This document shows, in pieces, positions 36,738 to 50,700 of a stretch of 64,000 bases of DNA; the stretch's first letter is position 1, and the number at the start of each line of letters is the position of its first letter. Source of the stretch: Vitrella brassicaformis CCMP3155 (taxonomy: Eukaryota; Protista; Chromerida); the NCBI GenBank assembly GCA_001179505.1, contig CDMY01000368.1:34365-98364 (forward strand). The letters run 5' to 3'. The translations under genes were made by a program, and so were the position numbers. The notes below the pieces were generated by a model, which was not told where the DNA came from, made no database searches, and was given only the letters and a program-made list of their open reading frames with translations.

Positions 36738-38177
36738 ATGAAGGAAGGATGGATGCAATTAGCCACACACGCGGCGCTTGTCTTTTGGCACTCTCACCCA
36801 GGGACCCTCTGTGAGAGTTCGGGTCAGGCAGGGCAGGCTCGGCTCAGCGGAGCTGTCCTCTCCTCGTGCTCCGCTTCTCCCGCAACTCGGCGGCCGCGCA
36901 ACCACAGTGTCGCCGCCCGCAGTCGCGGATCTAACCAACAGCTTCGCGGTTTGCTTTGGTACTCCGTCGTTGCGTTTCTCGTGAATCTTGTCACATCTGC
37001 GATCTACTCAGCTCGCACGTGCCTCAAGGTCCGTGGCAAGAGGTAAGCGTTGTGACACAGATACGTACGTACGGAAACCATTCATTTGTCATGTTTGTCC
37101 CCTTCAGCAGCCAATCAATGCGATGTTGGAGTCGTTGCCCCAGAGCGCATCCATAGCTTTAGACGCCTCATACTTGGGGCTTGCATCTGTGCTCCCTGAT
37201 GCCCCGCTGGTCTCCCCGAGCCTCACCAACAACCTCCAACAAACCATACTGGCACACCAACTCGGGTAGGTACTTACTGGACGCAGCGCACGTCAGCATA
37301 CCAGACTGGCCCACACGTGTGGCCGACTGACTGACCGCACAGCACCACATTCATTCATTCATCGTTGTTTGTTTGTTGCTTCATGCCATCCATCCATGGT
37401 GTTTGTTGTGGGATATATGTGTTGTTGGTTGTGTTGTGTGGTGTGTCAGGCTGGCGTTGAGTGTGTTGGCGGCGAGCATGGGCTCTCTGGGTGTGTTGGT
37501 GGAGTGGAATGCGGGTGTGTTCATCGTCATAGGCCTGGTGGAGGTGCTGCTCTCCTCCTGGCAGCTGCACTTCGCATCACTGCTCTCCAAACCCGTCGTC
37601 CTCGCAGCTGCACTCAGACTCGCTATCGGTGCGCCTGCCGCAGACAGCGTCCGTCCGCCTGTCTGTCTGTCCACTTGGCTGCATTGCGATGCATGTGTGC
37701 CCTCCTTGATTTGATTGGTCAGGTGTGTACAATGTGGTGGTGCCTGCGAGTGTGGTGTTGGAGCCCGTCCTCCGAGTGCTGTCCTATCTCCCCATGCGGT
37801 TGCGGCGCACCTTCATCTCCCCCCCCAACCTCACACGCATCGCCTATCGCTATCTCGCCAACACTGTCGCCAAAGTATTCACACTCGAGTGGTGGCTCTC
37901 CGAGCGCTCAGATGTGGTCGTCAAGCCCACGTCTGCTCCGCTCCTGTCAGTGAGGCGCCTGCTCCCGAGGCTGCCACGAACGGGTTTCACTGTCCGCACC
38001 ACCAGCAACAGCAGGTCTAACAGAAGCACCAGCACTACCATGAGCAGCAAGGGCGACCGGAGGGCTTACAGGAGGCCGCGAGTGCGGGTGGGACGGCGAG
38101 GGCTCTTTGGGCGGCACCGTGTGCTCTCTGCGGTCAAGCGGCGACTTTCTGTGCTGGAGCCTGGCTCACTGATCTGA
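36738..38177 (+). CDS. Hypothetical multi-exon membrane protein
   Basis: Exons with hydrophobic segments (LLWYSVVAFLVNLVTSAIY; LALSVLAASMGSLGVLVEWNAGVFIVIGLVEVLL) joined by canonical introns, and an R-rich C-terminus ending at stop 38177. No family recognised and the start is uncertain. Confidence 0.45.
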
Positions 38178-38448
38178 CTGACACCTCACTCACAGGGATG
38201 ATTAATCAATCGACTGAGAGAGACCCTTGTTGCGTTCTTGGATCATTCCGCCATCATCCATTCGATCTTTCCTTCACCTGCGTGTCTGTCTGTCTGTCTG
38301 TCTCTCTGTCCGTCTGTCTGTCTGTTGGCCCATCGATACGTACGTACATGCATACTAACATCGATCTATCCATTCGTGTGCCTGACTGTACAGCGGAGGG
38401 GAGGGGAGGGGGGACGGCTATCTATATAGAGTGATGTATGTGATTGAA

Positions 38449-40953
38449 TCAAGTGACTTTGCCAGGCACCTGAAGGCAGGCAGGACACACAGAAAGCGCG
38501 TGGCTGTCCTGTCGAGTGGATGGATGGATGGACGGATATATGACTAGGTAGTGAGTGTGTGTGTAAGGTAGGCTAGCCGTAGGTGTGTGTGCATGTGTGT
38601 AGGGAGGGAGGGAGGGAGGGCACCGTACGTGTGTTGCGTACCGTGTATGCCATCATGGAGCCCTGCTGGTTCCCTTCGTTGTTCTGCATCAGGGACACAC
38701 AGACAGACAGACAGACAGACAGACAGATGGACGGACGGACGGACAGACGACATGCATAGATGGATGGATGGATGGACACTGTCGTCCGTCCGTCTGACTG
38801 AGTCTTGCAAGCCCCAGCCAACCAACCACCCCTGTCTGACTGACTGACTGACCAAGACGAGGATAATCGTGAAGCGCCAGGTGGTCGAGTCCAAACCTGA
38901 ACCAACGAAAGCCAACCCACACACACGTGGGCAGCAAACCGTGAGGGTGTCCCGTGTGGATCCTAGCCCGCACTGGGTGAAGGTTTTGTCTCTTGTTGTG
39001 AGTGACAGTCATTCGCCTACATCCGTAGAGGGGCCAGCCTGGAAAGAGGTGGAAGAACTGCACACACCCACAGACAGACAGACAGACAGGCGTTCAGCTC
39101 CTCCAGACGCATGCCATGCCATCGAAGCGCAGGGCTCTCTCTCTCCTCGCATCCATCCATCCATCCATACATAGATGTAAACATACGGTGATTGCAGCGA
39201 TGAGTTCTTTGGCGGTGAAGACCATCTCAGCCGGGGCGGGCAACGCCGAATTAGCTGACTCAACCAACCAACCAAGAGTAAGCCAGAGGCAGGCGGCGGA
39301 CAGACACAGAGACAGACAGACATGCATGGGGCGGACGCATACATGAAGTCATGCTTTACTGAAATTTATGCCTCCCTGCCTCCCCCTGCGTCCCGCCCAC
39401 CATCTCCCTCCCTCCCTGGGTGGCGTACCGGTGGGATTGATGAATTGGTTGTGATTGAAGACCGCCTCCACCTCTCCATCCGGGTGAACTGAATGAGTCA
39501 ATCAAGGACACAAGGCACCAGCCAGCAACGTTACACCAAACCACACACACACACACACACACACAACGGTTGGTGTGTGGATGCATTGGGTCGAGTCGAG
39601 GGTGCTCACTGCCTGAGACGGTGATAGCGACCTCCGCCTGTGCCATGTTGTACTGCGGTGCGTCCCCGGCTCCCGCCCCTGACTGCCCACCAGGCTGGTA
39701 TCCCGCTATGGGTGAGTGTGAGAGCTTGATGGCGATGTCGTCACAGCCCATGTGCTTCATCTTCTCTACCAACTGCTTGAGCTTCACCACCGGAGGCAGC
39801 TTGAACTGCCACTGCGTAAACAGTCAGGTCCGTATGTGTAGTGTGTGTATGTCCTTCCTGTGTGTGCCCACCTACGTACGTACCTCTGGGTTTCCCAAGT
39901 CAAGTTGATCTAAACCATGGAGTTCATCGGCCCTCTGCACTTGAACTGGACACTCCTGAAAGGGCAGCCAGGCAGCCACCCGGTGTCCACTGTATGTACT
40001 GTAGGGGTCTGTCTGTCTGTCAGTCCGTCTGTCGGTCGGCCGGTGAGTGGTGACGTGACGACAATCAATACCTGAACGACACTATAGTCGGAGTTGGGCA
40101 TTTGCAGCTCGAAGCTCAACACGGGGAACCCATGGCGCCTGCAGACACCCAACACACGCACTCCGGTGACGCATTGCAATGCATTGGATCATTCAGGAGC
40201 CATCGGTGCACTGCATCCCTGTGGTCTGTGTGTCTGTGTGTGTCTGTGTGTGGCGGCCATGGATTTACTTGGCTAGTTTGCATACGGTGAGTTCTGCAGT
40301 GACCATGTCCTTGACGGCGGTCCAGAGGTCGTCAAGTGAGCAGCTCAGCCCGATGACGTTGTTGTTCTTGCTCTCCACCAACACGTCGTAGAAGAAACGA
40401 CCCTGACCACAATCAATCAGTCACTCAATCAAACACACACTCTACTCGGGGCCCTGCCCTGCCTGTCGTGGGAGGGATGCGATGTGCCCTGCGACCACCG
40501 TGAATGTAGGTACGTACCATGAAGAGGTTGCAGGCGGCAGTTCCGAACAAGGGGCGGATGAGCATCTGGTCGCTGGTGATCTTGATCATCGACGACATGC
40601 TGGCCACGCCCTGTAAGGCATCGCTCTGCGTCGCCTGGGTGGTGCTGGTGCTGGCCGACGTCCCCGGGCCACCTGACTTGCCGCCCTGTGAGCATGCTCG
40701 ATGCAGCGCTTGAATCGCCTCTGGACTCACGCACCACGCAAACATCCGTGGGAAGGAATGGGGAATGGTGATGACTTCCACTTGCTTACTTACGAAACAG
40801 TCCTCAGACTCCTGGTCCATAAAGCGGTCAGCACACAGCCACACACATGCAGGAAACCACAGACAGAAGCCACACACACTTTCATGAGAGATCTTAGGCA
40901 GCCCAGGCGTGAGTCATGCGGCTGACCTTCCTCACATACGCACGGAACTTCAT
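38449..40953 (-). CDS. HUS1: HUS1-like subunit of the 9-1-1 checkpoint clamp
   Basis: N-terminus MKFRAYVRK (HUS1 proteins begin MKFRA), MIKITSDQMLI, RFFYDVLVESKNNNVIGLSCSLDDLWTAV, RRHGFPVLSFEL, QFKLPPVVKLKQLVEKMK and C-terminal MMAYTVPGKVT*, in HUS1 order. Confidence 0.75.
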
Positions 40954-41061
40954 GACTTCCACGCCGGTCGGGCCTGTTGCGAGCTCGAATTCGTCAGCCG
41001 TTTGTTTTGACCGTTTTTCTGTTTTTTTGTTGGCGGCGACAAATCTTCTTTTTTTTTGCCC

Positions 41062-44000
41062 ATGGCAGTTGTACGTACATGGAACATATTCTGTTGCAGC
41101 TGCGCATGCCCAGCGATTTCCTGCTGTTGTGTGTGTGCAGACGCTCGTGCGCTCCCCGCGAGATTTGTCTGACTTTCTGCTTCCCAAGGCGCCTGTCGCT
41201 GTGGGGCCTGGAAGCTATCCCCCGGGTGAGGCGCCCCCTTCCCCCCCGTCCACCACGAGGACAGGCGTGTTCGCGCCCTTCGGCAGCTTTCAGAAGAAAG
41301 TTCTCAATGCAAACACGGGAGACAGCTTCTACTCACCAGGTCCTTCATTCACTTCAGACAGAACACCCCGCACCACCAGAGATGCAGCCGGGTCCCTCTT
41401 GCACTCCCTTGACTCTTGTGGTGTCATGATTTGCAGGGCCCGGTGCATTCTTCCTTGATCAGGCGCCCCTGCCTTCTCCTCGCGGCGACACGAGCTCATT
41501 CAAGTCACTCACACCCAGATTCGCACAATCAGCATACAAACTCGAAACACCAGGTGGGGGTGAATGCATTACTGACTGCCCATCGAGACACGTACGTACA
41601 TACTTACATAATGTATGTACATAAACACCTGGGCCTGACCTGGGAGGTCCACTGATGGATGAATGGTGTGCACGTGTGGCCTGGCCTGGCTGTGTGCAGG
41701 TCCAGGTGAGTATGGGTCGTGCAAATCGACGAGGGTGGGTCAGGCGACGTTCGACGGGCAGGATGGTGCCCGTCTCTCAGCGTCTCAGAGGGCGGCCCCA
41801 CTTGTGCCAGTACTGCAGCTGGAGCAGAGCAGCCCGTCGATCCCCCCCAACCTCCACCGCAAGACCAACCTGCCTCATTCGGGCGGCAGGGCCATGGTCA
41901 CACTCCTAGACGATATACCAGCTGGCTCACAGGGCGTATTCCACACCGGTAAGTATGTGAATAAACACATGAGTAAGTAGCTGACACGTACGTACTGTAC
42001 ATACATACACAGATATATGTGTACGTTGATTGACTCACTCACCGACTGGCTGACTGACTGACTGACGCAAGAATGCGATGTCCATCCACTCACTAACTAA
42101 TGCATGGATGGATGGACAATCTTGGTCAATCTTGATTGCAGGTGAGAGTAATGACATGCCTTCGCCAGGTACGTGCCTCCCTGCCTGAAACAAATGTGTC
42201 TCGATCAAGGGGTGGTCTAGCTCAGCTGTATGTATGTATCTATTTCTTGGTTGATTGCTTCATCGATCAGGGAGCTACAAGATCGTGAGTGACGATGGTC
42301 GGTGTGCGACCAACTTCCACACGAGCAGGACCCAGAGACAGCTGCTGTGGGAGCTGTCGGGCAGCCTCACAGAGCGGAGGGCGCGCGAGCGGGCAGACGG
42401 ACTCACTAACGCGGGACTGTTCGCCACTTCACAGCTGAGGAAGCCACCAAAGGTAGGCAGGGAGGTAGCTGGGTGGGTATGCATGATTGTATACATACAT
42501 CTATCTATGTAGGGCGGGAGGGAGGCAGGGAGGCAGGGAGGCTGTCCGTCCCTTCGTCCCTTTGTTGCTTGTATTGTCTTGTCTTGTCTTGTATTGTCTT
42601 GTCTTGTATTGTCTTGTCTTGTATTGTCTTGTCTTGTCTTGTCTTGGCTGGCCTGGCCTGTTGGTGCAGCATCTTGTTAAGGAGGCCCAGAGGCAGTCTG
42701 AGGCTGCCAAGGTCCCCCGCCTGCCCTCTCCCCTGCCTGCACGGGCACCTACGGACGATCGCGACACCACCGATGCAAAGTCATGCAGGAGTGCATTCGT
42801 GTCAAAGGTAGGTAGGTAGGTAGGTGGGCACAAACAACACCACACACAACACCACAGACAGACAGACAGACACAAACTCACCCGGCCAGCCGGCCGGCGT
42901 GATGTATGTATGTATGGATGTCTGTATGTCTCTGGTCCCTTAGGTGCGTCGGATTGCGCCCACGGTGTCAGCGTCAGGTGCGAATGAACGGATGCATTGC
43001 AATGGATGGAAAGCCGACACGCATCCACCACCCCATTTGCCTGCCTGTCGTCTGTCTGTCTGGTCGTCCATGACACATGTATGTCAACGTGTAGGTCCGA
43101 TCGGTCCGGGTGCGTATCTTCGTCTGTCTGACGCGTCCAAGACGTCCACGGTGGAGACAGACAGAGGGCCGCACGCACCTTTTGGCTCACTCAGCCCCGC
43201 ACGGATGCCGCAAAACAGACTCATCGAACAGCCATACACAGGTACAGACAGACAGACGGACGGACGGACGGACAAACACACAGACCGCACAGACAGACAG
43301 ACGGATGAGCAAGTAAGTCGTGCCTCTCTCTTGTGTGTGTGTGTTTATGTGTGTATGTGTGCGCGAGTCGATCAGATCCCACGTGTGTGACGTCGAGTGT
43401 TCCAGTGGGTGCGTATGACCTCGTCAAGGATGCATCCACAAGGACTCTCGGGCCTGCCGTCACCGCATTGTATGCAATATGCATGCATACATACATACAT
43501 ACCCACTCACGGCAACCAACTGACCACCATACATCCAGCCAGCCTGCCTGCCAGCCTTTGATGCTGTGACTGGCTGCAGCGTCTGTCAGCGTGGGAGCAT
43601 CCCGATGTCCATGAGCCGTGTCATCAACCCGTCCCTCGTCATGTTCCTCAAAGAGTCCACAGGTAGGTACCTAGATGCTCACGGCACCGACAGACAGACA
43701 GTGAGAGACATTCACGTGCTACCTGCCTGACCACCCCCGTCTCCCTACCTGTCTCCCTACCTGTCTTCCGTCCGTTTCCTATCGTGTTGCCGCATCCATC
43801 CATCCATTCATCCATCTATCCATCCGGCGTGGTGCACTGCACTGCAGGTCGTCCTTTGCAGGCCTTCCTCACCACTGACGAGCGACCCTGCCTCAAGAGC
43901 ACCGTCTCACCCGCACACCAATCGCCGGCAGGTCAGCCATGAACATTGTCCCTGCCGTGCCACACAGACGGGCGGATGCTGCCTCGCACAGGCTGGCGTA

Positions 44001-45230
44001 TGTTCTATATCATGTATGTGTGTGTGCGTGCGTGCGTGCGTGTGTGCGTGTGCTGCCTCCTGCAATTATGCAATCAGTTGGTGACTACGGGACGGATTTG
44101 AATGCGACAGTGGGCAGCATCTCAGCGCGTGTTAAGGAGATGGCCACGGTGGGGCGGTTTGGCAAGTTCGCGGCCACGAACGACAACAGGTGGGCATTCA
44201 ACCCCGCCAATCCACTGAATCCCGACCCCCGGCGGACCCGCGGCCCCTCGGCGCCCTTCAAGTACAACCCCAAGGCGGCGGCTGGCGACACACACGGCAG
44301 CCGAACACCCTTCATCTCGCGCACAGCCAGATTCAGAGCTCTCGACAGCGCCAACCCCCACTTCTTCAACACCTCGCCAACCCCAAAACACGTAAGGTTG
44401 TATGTATGTATGGACACACGTGTGCATCTTAGAAAGACTCATCCACAACTCCCCCGCCCATGATTGACATCGGTCCCTATATGTATGTACGCATTGTGTC
44501 TGTCTGTGTGTGTGTATGTCTGCATGTCTGTGCATTTGCATACATGTGCTTCCTTCCTTTGTTTGTTCTATAAGGTCGGTGGTGAGCAGGCAGCTCCTGC
44601 GCCAGTGCGGGCGCAAGGAATTGAAGGGCGGAAGTCTTTGTGTTCCTTCGGAACCACCACTCCACGACTCACCGTCATGTCCAAGGCAGAGGACACACCA
44701 GGTACATACAGTGCGGCCAACAACACACACATACACACACACTACACAGGGAGGGAGACAGACAGACAGACATGTCAAGAAACAGGAGAGACGGGGGATG
44801 TGTGTATATATATATACATGTGTGTGTGTGGGCTGTCTGCCCCTTACTTATGTGTGTGTCTCTCGACTCACTCCCTCAGCCCCGGGAACCTATTCGCCGG
44901 CGGGTGGAAGGCGGGAAACCTCTGAGAGTTTGATGCGCAAGGTGTCTGCGAGAAGATTCGAGTGGCAAATGTCGGCTACGGTACCTACACTTGCTCCGGG
45001 GTCGTACGAACTGGGGCGCGGCTTCTTGCGTACGACATACAACGTGTCGCTGGTACGCACACCACATGCCATGTCATGTCACCTTGTGTGGTGGGAATTT
45101 TATTGTGCAATTTGCCGGACATGTAGTCATTCATTGCGTTGACTCTGTCGGTGTTGATGTGCACAGGCTGATCGGGTTGCACCCGAGAGGACACAGAGCC
45201 CTCGGTCAAAGAAAGGAGATACTTAGTTAA
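41062..45230 (+). CDS. SHIPPO/PG-rich repeat (ODF3/STPG-like) flagellar protein
   Basis: Recurrent motifs VGPGSY, SPGPSF, GPGAF, IGPGAY, PVGAY, DTPGPGTY (spliced) and LAPGSY, alternating with PF.S...RF motifs. First exon MAV|gtacgt. Stop at 45230. Confidence 0.75.
42571..42645 (+). repeat. Intronic pentamer microsatellite GT(A/C)TT, about 15 units
   Basis: gtattgtcttgtcttgtcttgtatt... read directly from the sequence. It is one example of the many intronic SSRs ((CA)n, (GACA)n, (GGAT)n, (GGGA)n) in this window. Confidence 0.9.
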
Positions 45231-45632
45231 AACAGCTGCGTTGACTCATGCATACCATGCAAACACACACAGATAGACAGACACATTCACACACATGTTC
45301 CTTCCTCCTTCCTCCCTTTGTGTCTGGCCAGTGCCTGCTTCCCATCTACTATATATGTATGCAATGCATGGATGCAGGACGTGTGTGTCTCTTGCACTGC
45401 TGATGCCTAGCTACACAGGATCTCTGTCTGTCTGTCTGTCTGTCTGCAGCTACTTTGTCCGTACGTATGTATGCATGTATGTGCTGGTCATGTGTGTATG
45501 TATGTATATGATAGATACAACGACGATGGATGCACTCATCTCTCACTGTAGCTGACCGACCTTCACTGTCTCTTTGTCTTGCTTGATTGGTCCTGTCCTG
45601 CTTCTTATTGCCGACCACATGATGTGCTGGTT

Positions 45633-47584
45633 TCAGGTAGCCAGTTGTGTAAGCCATTCGTCCCGTGGCTGCTTCCGCAAGAGATCTTCCGCGATCGACG
45701 GGGCCGCAGGGGACTCACTCATCGCACCACAGATGGCCTGCAGTCCAGTCAGAGAATTATCCACCATAGTGAATCAATGACCACGTTGATGTATGTATGT
45801 ATGTATGTATGTATGGGGAGCAACTCGAATACATACCTGTATTTGCGCGGCTGAGTAGGTCTGGAATGACTCCTTGTGCAGTGGCGGGAAGTCCTTGGCC
45901 GTCACAGCAACGGTCTCCTCGCGAGACGCACCACGACGACCTTCGCGAGCAAACACAAGGGCATCCAGAGCACTCGCATGCAGCCCTACGTACCTCTGCT
46001 GGTGTATTTGTAGGGTTGCGGTCCGCCTTTGGGATGTCTCTGTCTGTTGTCGTTGTCGTGGTTCCTATAGGGTGCGTTCCGGCCCCCGCCCTCCTGTGGG
46101 GCCGCCTGCTTGGACGGCGGCCCTGCTGCCGGTGGTGAAGGCGCCGGTGCTGGTGCTGGTGCGGGGGGAGGGGGGGGAGGGGGCGGGGGAGGAGCTGCAT
46201 GACACAACACAACACAACACAACGCAAACCAACCAATAGAGGAATTAGTTAGTTGGACAAGAACCTCTCTTGGTGCCATCCTGCTAAAAAGTCAATCATT
46301 CATTCACCCACTTATCCATCCATCCATCTATCTATCTATATATCTGTCTGTCTGTGGTGGTGTGCCGGTGTCTGTCTGTCTGTCTGTCTGTGGTGGTGTG
46401 CCGGTGTCTGTCTGTCTGTCTGTCTGTGTGCCACATGGCTGACGTGGCGGGGGTTGGTTGTGTGTCATGGGCATCTGCATGTGAGGCATCATGGGCATGC
46501 CGGGAGCCCACATGGGCATGGGGAAGTAGGGAACGGGCACGAAAAAGACGCTGCGGGCCCCCTCGACGGCCGGGGGTGTCGAGAGTGGCATTGCACCCCC
46601 AGTTGTGGGGCCACCGAAGCCGCCCACGGGGTAGGGGAAGGAGGGGTAGGGGAAGGAGGGGTACGCCGGCGGCAACGGGTGAGATGCTACTGCATGGGTA
46701 CCACCTGCTGCACTCGACGGGGTGCTGATGCCGGCAGTCTCGCTCTTGATCGACGGATGACACGGACGATCTGAATGAACCAACCAGGCAAATAGGCAAC
46801 CAACCAACGGGACAGTTCCAGGTGCAGCCAGGGCGGATTGCAGGCAGTGCGGAATGAATGGATGAATGCATGTCTACCTACCTACCCTTCAATCGCTGGC
46901 CTTGCAGCCACAGCGCCTGGCCAGTCAGACAGTCAGTCACACACACAGCATGCCATGCCATGCCACCAACGCCCGCGTACGTACGTCTGTGTCTGTGTAT
47001 GAATGTATGTATGTGTCGCCAGTCAGTCTATCATCTCTGCCTTCCGACTCTGTGCTGACTGACTGACCACTTTCTGGACCACTGCCTCGTCCACGTCGAG
47101 CTTGATGAAGCAGGTGTTGTTGACATCCTTGCCGCACAAAGACACACACACGCACACTTCCACCAGAGATCCCAGGCAGCGGCCAGGGGGGAATGCATGC
47201 ATGAGTCTGCCTTACCTTCCAGATGGACGGCGGCGTGTCGAGCGACGCGAGGTGAGGGCAGCGTCCTGCACTCGCCTCGCCGCATACAACACGCATGTTG
47301 GCTGGCTGGGGGGGGTATTTGGGTGTGCGTCAGACTGTGTGTGTGTGTGCGTGTGTACCCAGGAGAACTTCAATGTCACCCTCGATGACGTCTTCGCCCA
47401 CATCACGCAACTGGAGTGAAGCGGTCACAGCGAGGAAAGCACGATCCCACATGCACAGCCATCCATATGGTGTGTGTATCAGTCTGCCTGCCTTGATAGT
47501 TTGGCGAGGGTGGTGGTGGTCCAATACCTCCACCGAATCGTCGTGGGTGGACACCGCTTGAGGGGTTTCTGCCGAATCAGCCAT
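45633..47584 (-). CDS. RRM-like (possibly LARP4-type) protein with a Pro-rich low-complexity C-terminus
   Basis: Exons MADSAETPQ...PRQTIK, LQLRDVGEDVIEGDIEVLL, GEASAGRCPHLASLD..., GKDVNNTCFIKLD, a P/Y/M-rich exon, a poly-Pro exon, TAKDFPPLH, and ...EWLTQLAT*. The RRM assignment is by eye. Confidence 0.45.
46342..46430 (+). repeat. Intronic tandem duplication (~37 bp unit x2) embedded in (GTCT)n
   Basis: ctgtctgtctgtggtggtgtgccggtgtctgtctgtc occurs twice consecutively. Confidence 0.75.
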
Positions 47585-47649
47585 TAGATCTGCCGCCACA
47601 AGGCTTAGCACCACAAACCCAACGCTCTTGAGAAATCCCAGATCCGGCT

Positions 47650-47664
47650 GCGAGCTAAGCTCGC
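47650..47664. promoter_or_regulatory. Palindromic motif GCGAGCT-A-AGCTCGC in the divergent promoter between the RRM-like gene and DDB1
   Basis: Perfect inverted repeat in a 180-bp head-to-head intergenic region. A near-identical motif lies at 63281-63296. Regulatory function is inferred. Confidence 0.35.
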
Positions 47665-47763
47665 TGCAGATTTTTGAGTCAAGCAATATTCAGCAAAGGA
47701 GCGCTTCTCTGTCTGCGTCATCTAGGCCTCCCTCGCCAGAGATCTGGCACCGTGTGAGTGCCG

Positions 47764-50700
47764 ATGTCGGCTTACAATGTATTTGTGACAGCACAGGTGA
47801 GAAGAATACATTCGTCTGTCGGTTTGGGTAATCCACTCATGTCTTCTTGTATGGTGCTGTATGTCCCCGACCAGCCCGCCACGGCCGTGTCGGTGGCATG
47901 CACAGCCCACTTCCGCCACGCCGCCCCGAGCGACCACACCATCGGCGCATCATCTGGTGCCGCCGCCGCCGCCGCAGCCAGCGCCAGCAACGACGGCTCG
48001 GCATACCCTGACCTCATCTTGGCCAAGCGAAGCCGTCTGGAGGTCTTCAAGCCTATCTGCCAACCAGTAGAGCAAGACATGACAGACATGGACGAGGGTG
48101 AGGGTGACAGTGGTGGCGGCGGGGATGAGGTGCGGTTGGAGCCCGTGCTGAATGTGCCCATCTACGGCCGCATCTGCCTGCTGCAGCCATTCCGCCCAAC
48201 CGGCACAGCCAAAGTGAGTCGGGTCGGCAGTTGGGGAGGATGTATGCATGCATGCGTTGCGCGCCTCTCTGTCTGTCTGTCTGCCTGTGTGTAGGACCTG
48301 CTGTTCGTCACGACAGAGAAACAGCAGTACTTCATCCTCTCATACGATAGCACGCGGCAGGTCGGTGGTCTTTTGTCCTCTCCCAGTCTTCATCTTGACC
48401 TCCATCCCTTCTTGCTTGATGCATGGCATGCAGGAAATACTGACGCTCATGCATGAGGAGTACAAGGTGAGTGTTTCTAGATACACACACACGTGCCCTC
48501 TGGGAACAGTGCACCAGCCCATGTGAGTGTTCGTTCATCCCTCCCTCCCTGTCCGTCTGTCTGTCTGTCTGTGTGTTGGTGTATAGGATGCGACAGCTCG
48601 TCCCGTCCAAGACGGTCACCGGTGCTGCATCCATCCTGACGGGCATGTGATCGCGCTGCAGTACTACGAGAGCCTCCTGCGGATCATCCAGATATCTGAC
48701 CTGGGCGGCCGACGGCTGGAAATCAAGGAGGGCTTCAACGTCAGGCTGGACTTCCTGGACGTCATCGACATGACGTTTCTCCACACACGAGGACACACTA
48801 CCCACACACACACCGACATGGCCAGCAATGGCATCATGGCACAAACACACCCCGTCATCGCCATCCTCTACGCAAAGGACGCAGACGACACACATGGAGG
48901 TACGGACGGGAGGGAGGAGGCACACACACAGGAACGCACATACACACACACAACGCCGATAGCACTGCTTGACCGAGGCTAGTTCCTTCCTTCCTTCCTT
49001 GCTGCCTGTGTTGCTGTCCATCCATTCCCTCCCTCCCTCCCTCCCTGGCTCCCTCCCTCTTTGTCTGTCTTCCCTGCCTGCTGGTCCACCACGGCACGGC
49101 ATCCAGGTGCCACCACAGCAGGGAAGCGAGGTCTGAAGATACTGGAAATCAGCACGAGCGAGCGTACCAGCCTGGACTTCGGTAGCAGTGTGGGACAAGA
49201 GACCGATGGTGCAGCGGGGCCCGGTGGCCTCGACGTGGACGTCGACGCAGGTGCCACCCGGGTGCTGGCGCTGCCCCCGCCGCTCAACGGGCTGTTGGTC
49301 TTGGGGCGTGCGTCCATCAGCTACCTCTACAACCTCCCCGGCACCCGCCATGACACCAGGACGAGTGGCAGGCAGGGTGGCCAAGGCAAGAAGAAACGGA
49401 CGGGCAACGACGCCTTCGGCCCTCAACAGCAGCAACACGTCACCCTGCACACCCCATCGGGGGCGCTGGGTAGGGAAACCATATCCATACAGCCTGTCGA
49501 GGTGAGTCAGTGAGTGCCCACACACGACGGACGGACGAACGTCTGTATACATACATACGTTCGGACACGTACGTCATCCCATCCAAGTAGCACGTACTTG
49601 CACGCGTAGTGCCTGCCCCCTCCCTATGTTGTGCCTGCAGGTGTCTTGTGTGGTGGCGGCCAATTCGAGCCAGGACAGTTCCAGTGGTGCTGTTCGGCAG
49701 CGCTGCATAGTTGGAGACAAGCGGGGCCGTCTGTTCGTCCTTCACGTCGTCGGCCACAAGTGAGCAGGACAGGCGCGGCGCCACCAAGAAATGCAGTTCA
49801 CTGCTCTGTGTCCGCTACGGCATTCTGACGCACGCAGGGGTGCCCGCGAATCTGCATCCTCCGCAAAGGCACCTATGGAGGGTGCGTAGGCCGTATGTCA
49901 CAAACGGCACGATCATGGCCGAAGGTCATAACTCTTTGCTCTCTCGATGCGCTTGGGTTTTCTTTCTGCAGACGATGTGGATATGTGCGGGTCCAGCATC
50001 ACTCTCAGCTTTCAGTATCTGGGTGCCGGCAGCGTCCCGAGCTCCCACGGCCTGGCCTTTCTGCCCCTTGCGGATCGCATGGGAGACGCAGCGGCCCCCG
50101 CTTGGCAGGGGCTGCTCTTCATCGGGTCCAAGAGCGGCGACTCCCAACTCATCAAAGTCCACGACAAGACGAAGCGACACAGTCGCCGAGCGAGGCCTGA
50201 GCTGCGAGACGATGAGGGTGAGCAAGTAGGGTGCGGTGCATGCATTTGCATGTAGCAAGGTGGGTGGCATCCAAGGGAGGTCCTGAGCCACCAGGCAGGC
50301 ACCTCTGCGTGTGTACGCCATACGTACGTATATCGCGGCTGGTCCTGTACGTAGGTGATGTGGTGATGGGTGGGGATGGCGGCGAGCCGACGGGAGACGA
50401 TGGATACCTTCTGTCGGCAATAGCTTCGTACCCAAATCTAGGACCGATGGTGGGGAGGACACACACGGCACCCCCCCCCCCCCCCCCCNNNNNNNNNNNN
50501 NNNNNNNNNNNNNNNNNNNNNNNNNNNNNNNNNNNNNNNNNNNNNNNNNNNNNNNNNNNNNNNNNNNNNNNNNNNNNNNNNNNNNNNNNNNNNNNNNNNN
50601 NNNNNNNNNNNNNNNNNNNNNNNNNNNNNNNNNNNNNNNNNNNNNNNNNNNNNNNNNNNNNNNNNNNNNNNNNNNNNNNNNNNNNNNNNNNNNNNNNNNN

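Noticed and set aside
42571-46430. CRISPR-like or element-associated repeats at 42571 and 46342
   Set aside because: These are intronic microsatellites and one simple tandem duplication, with no unique spacers and no cas genes, in a eukaryotic context.
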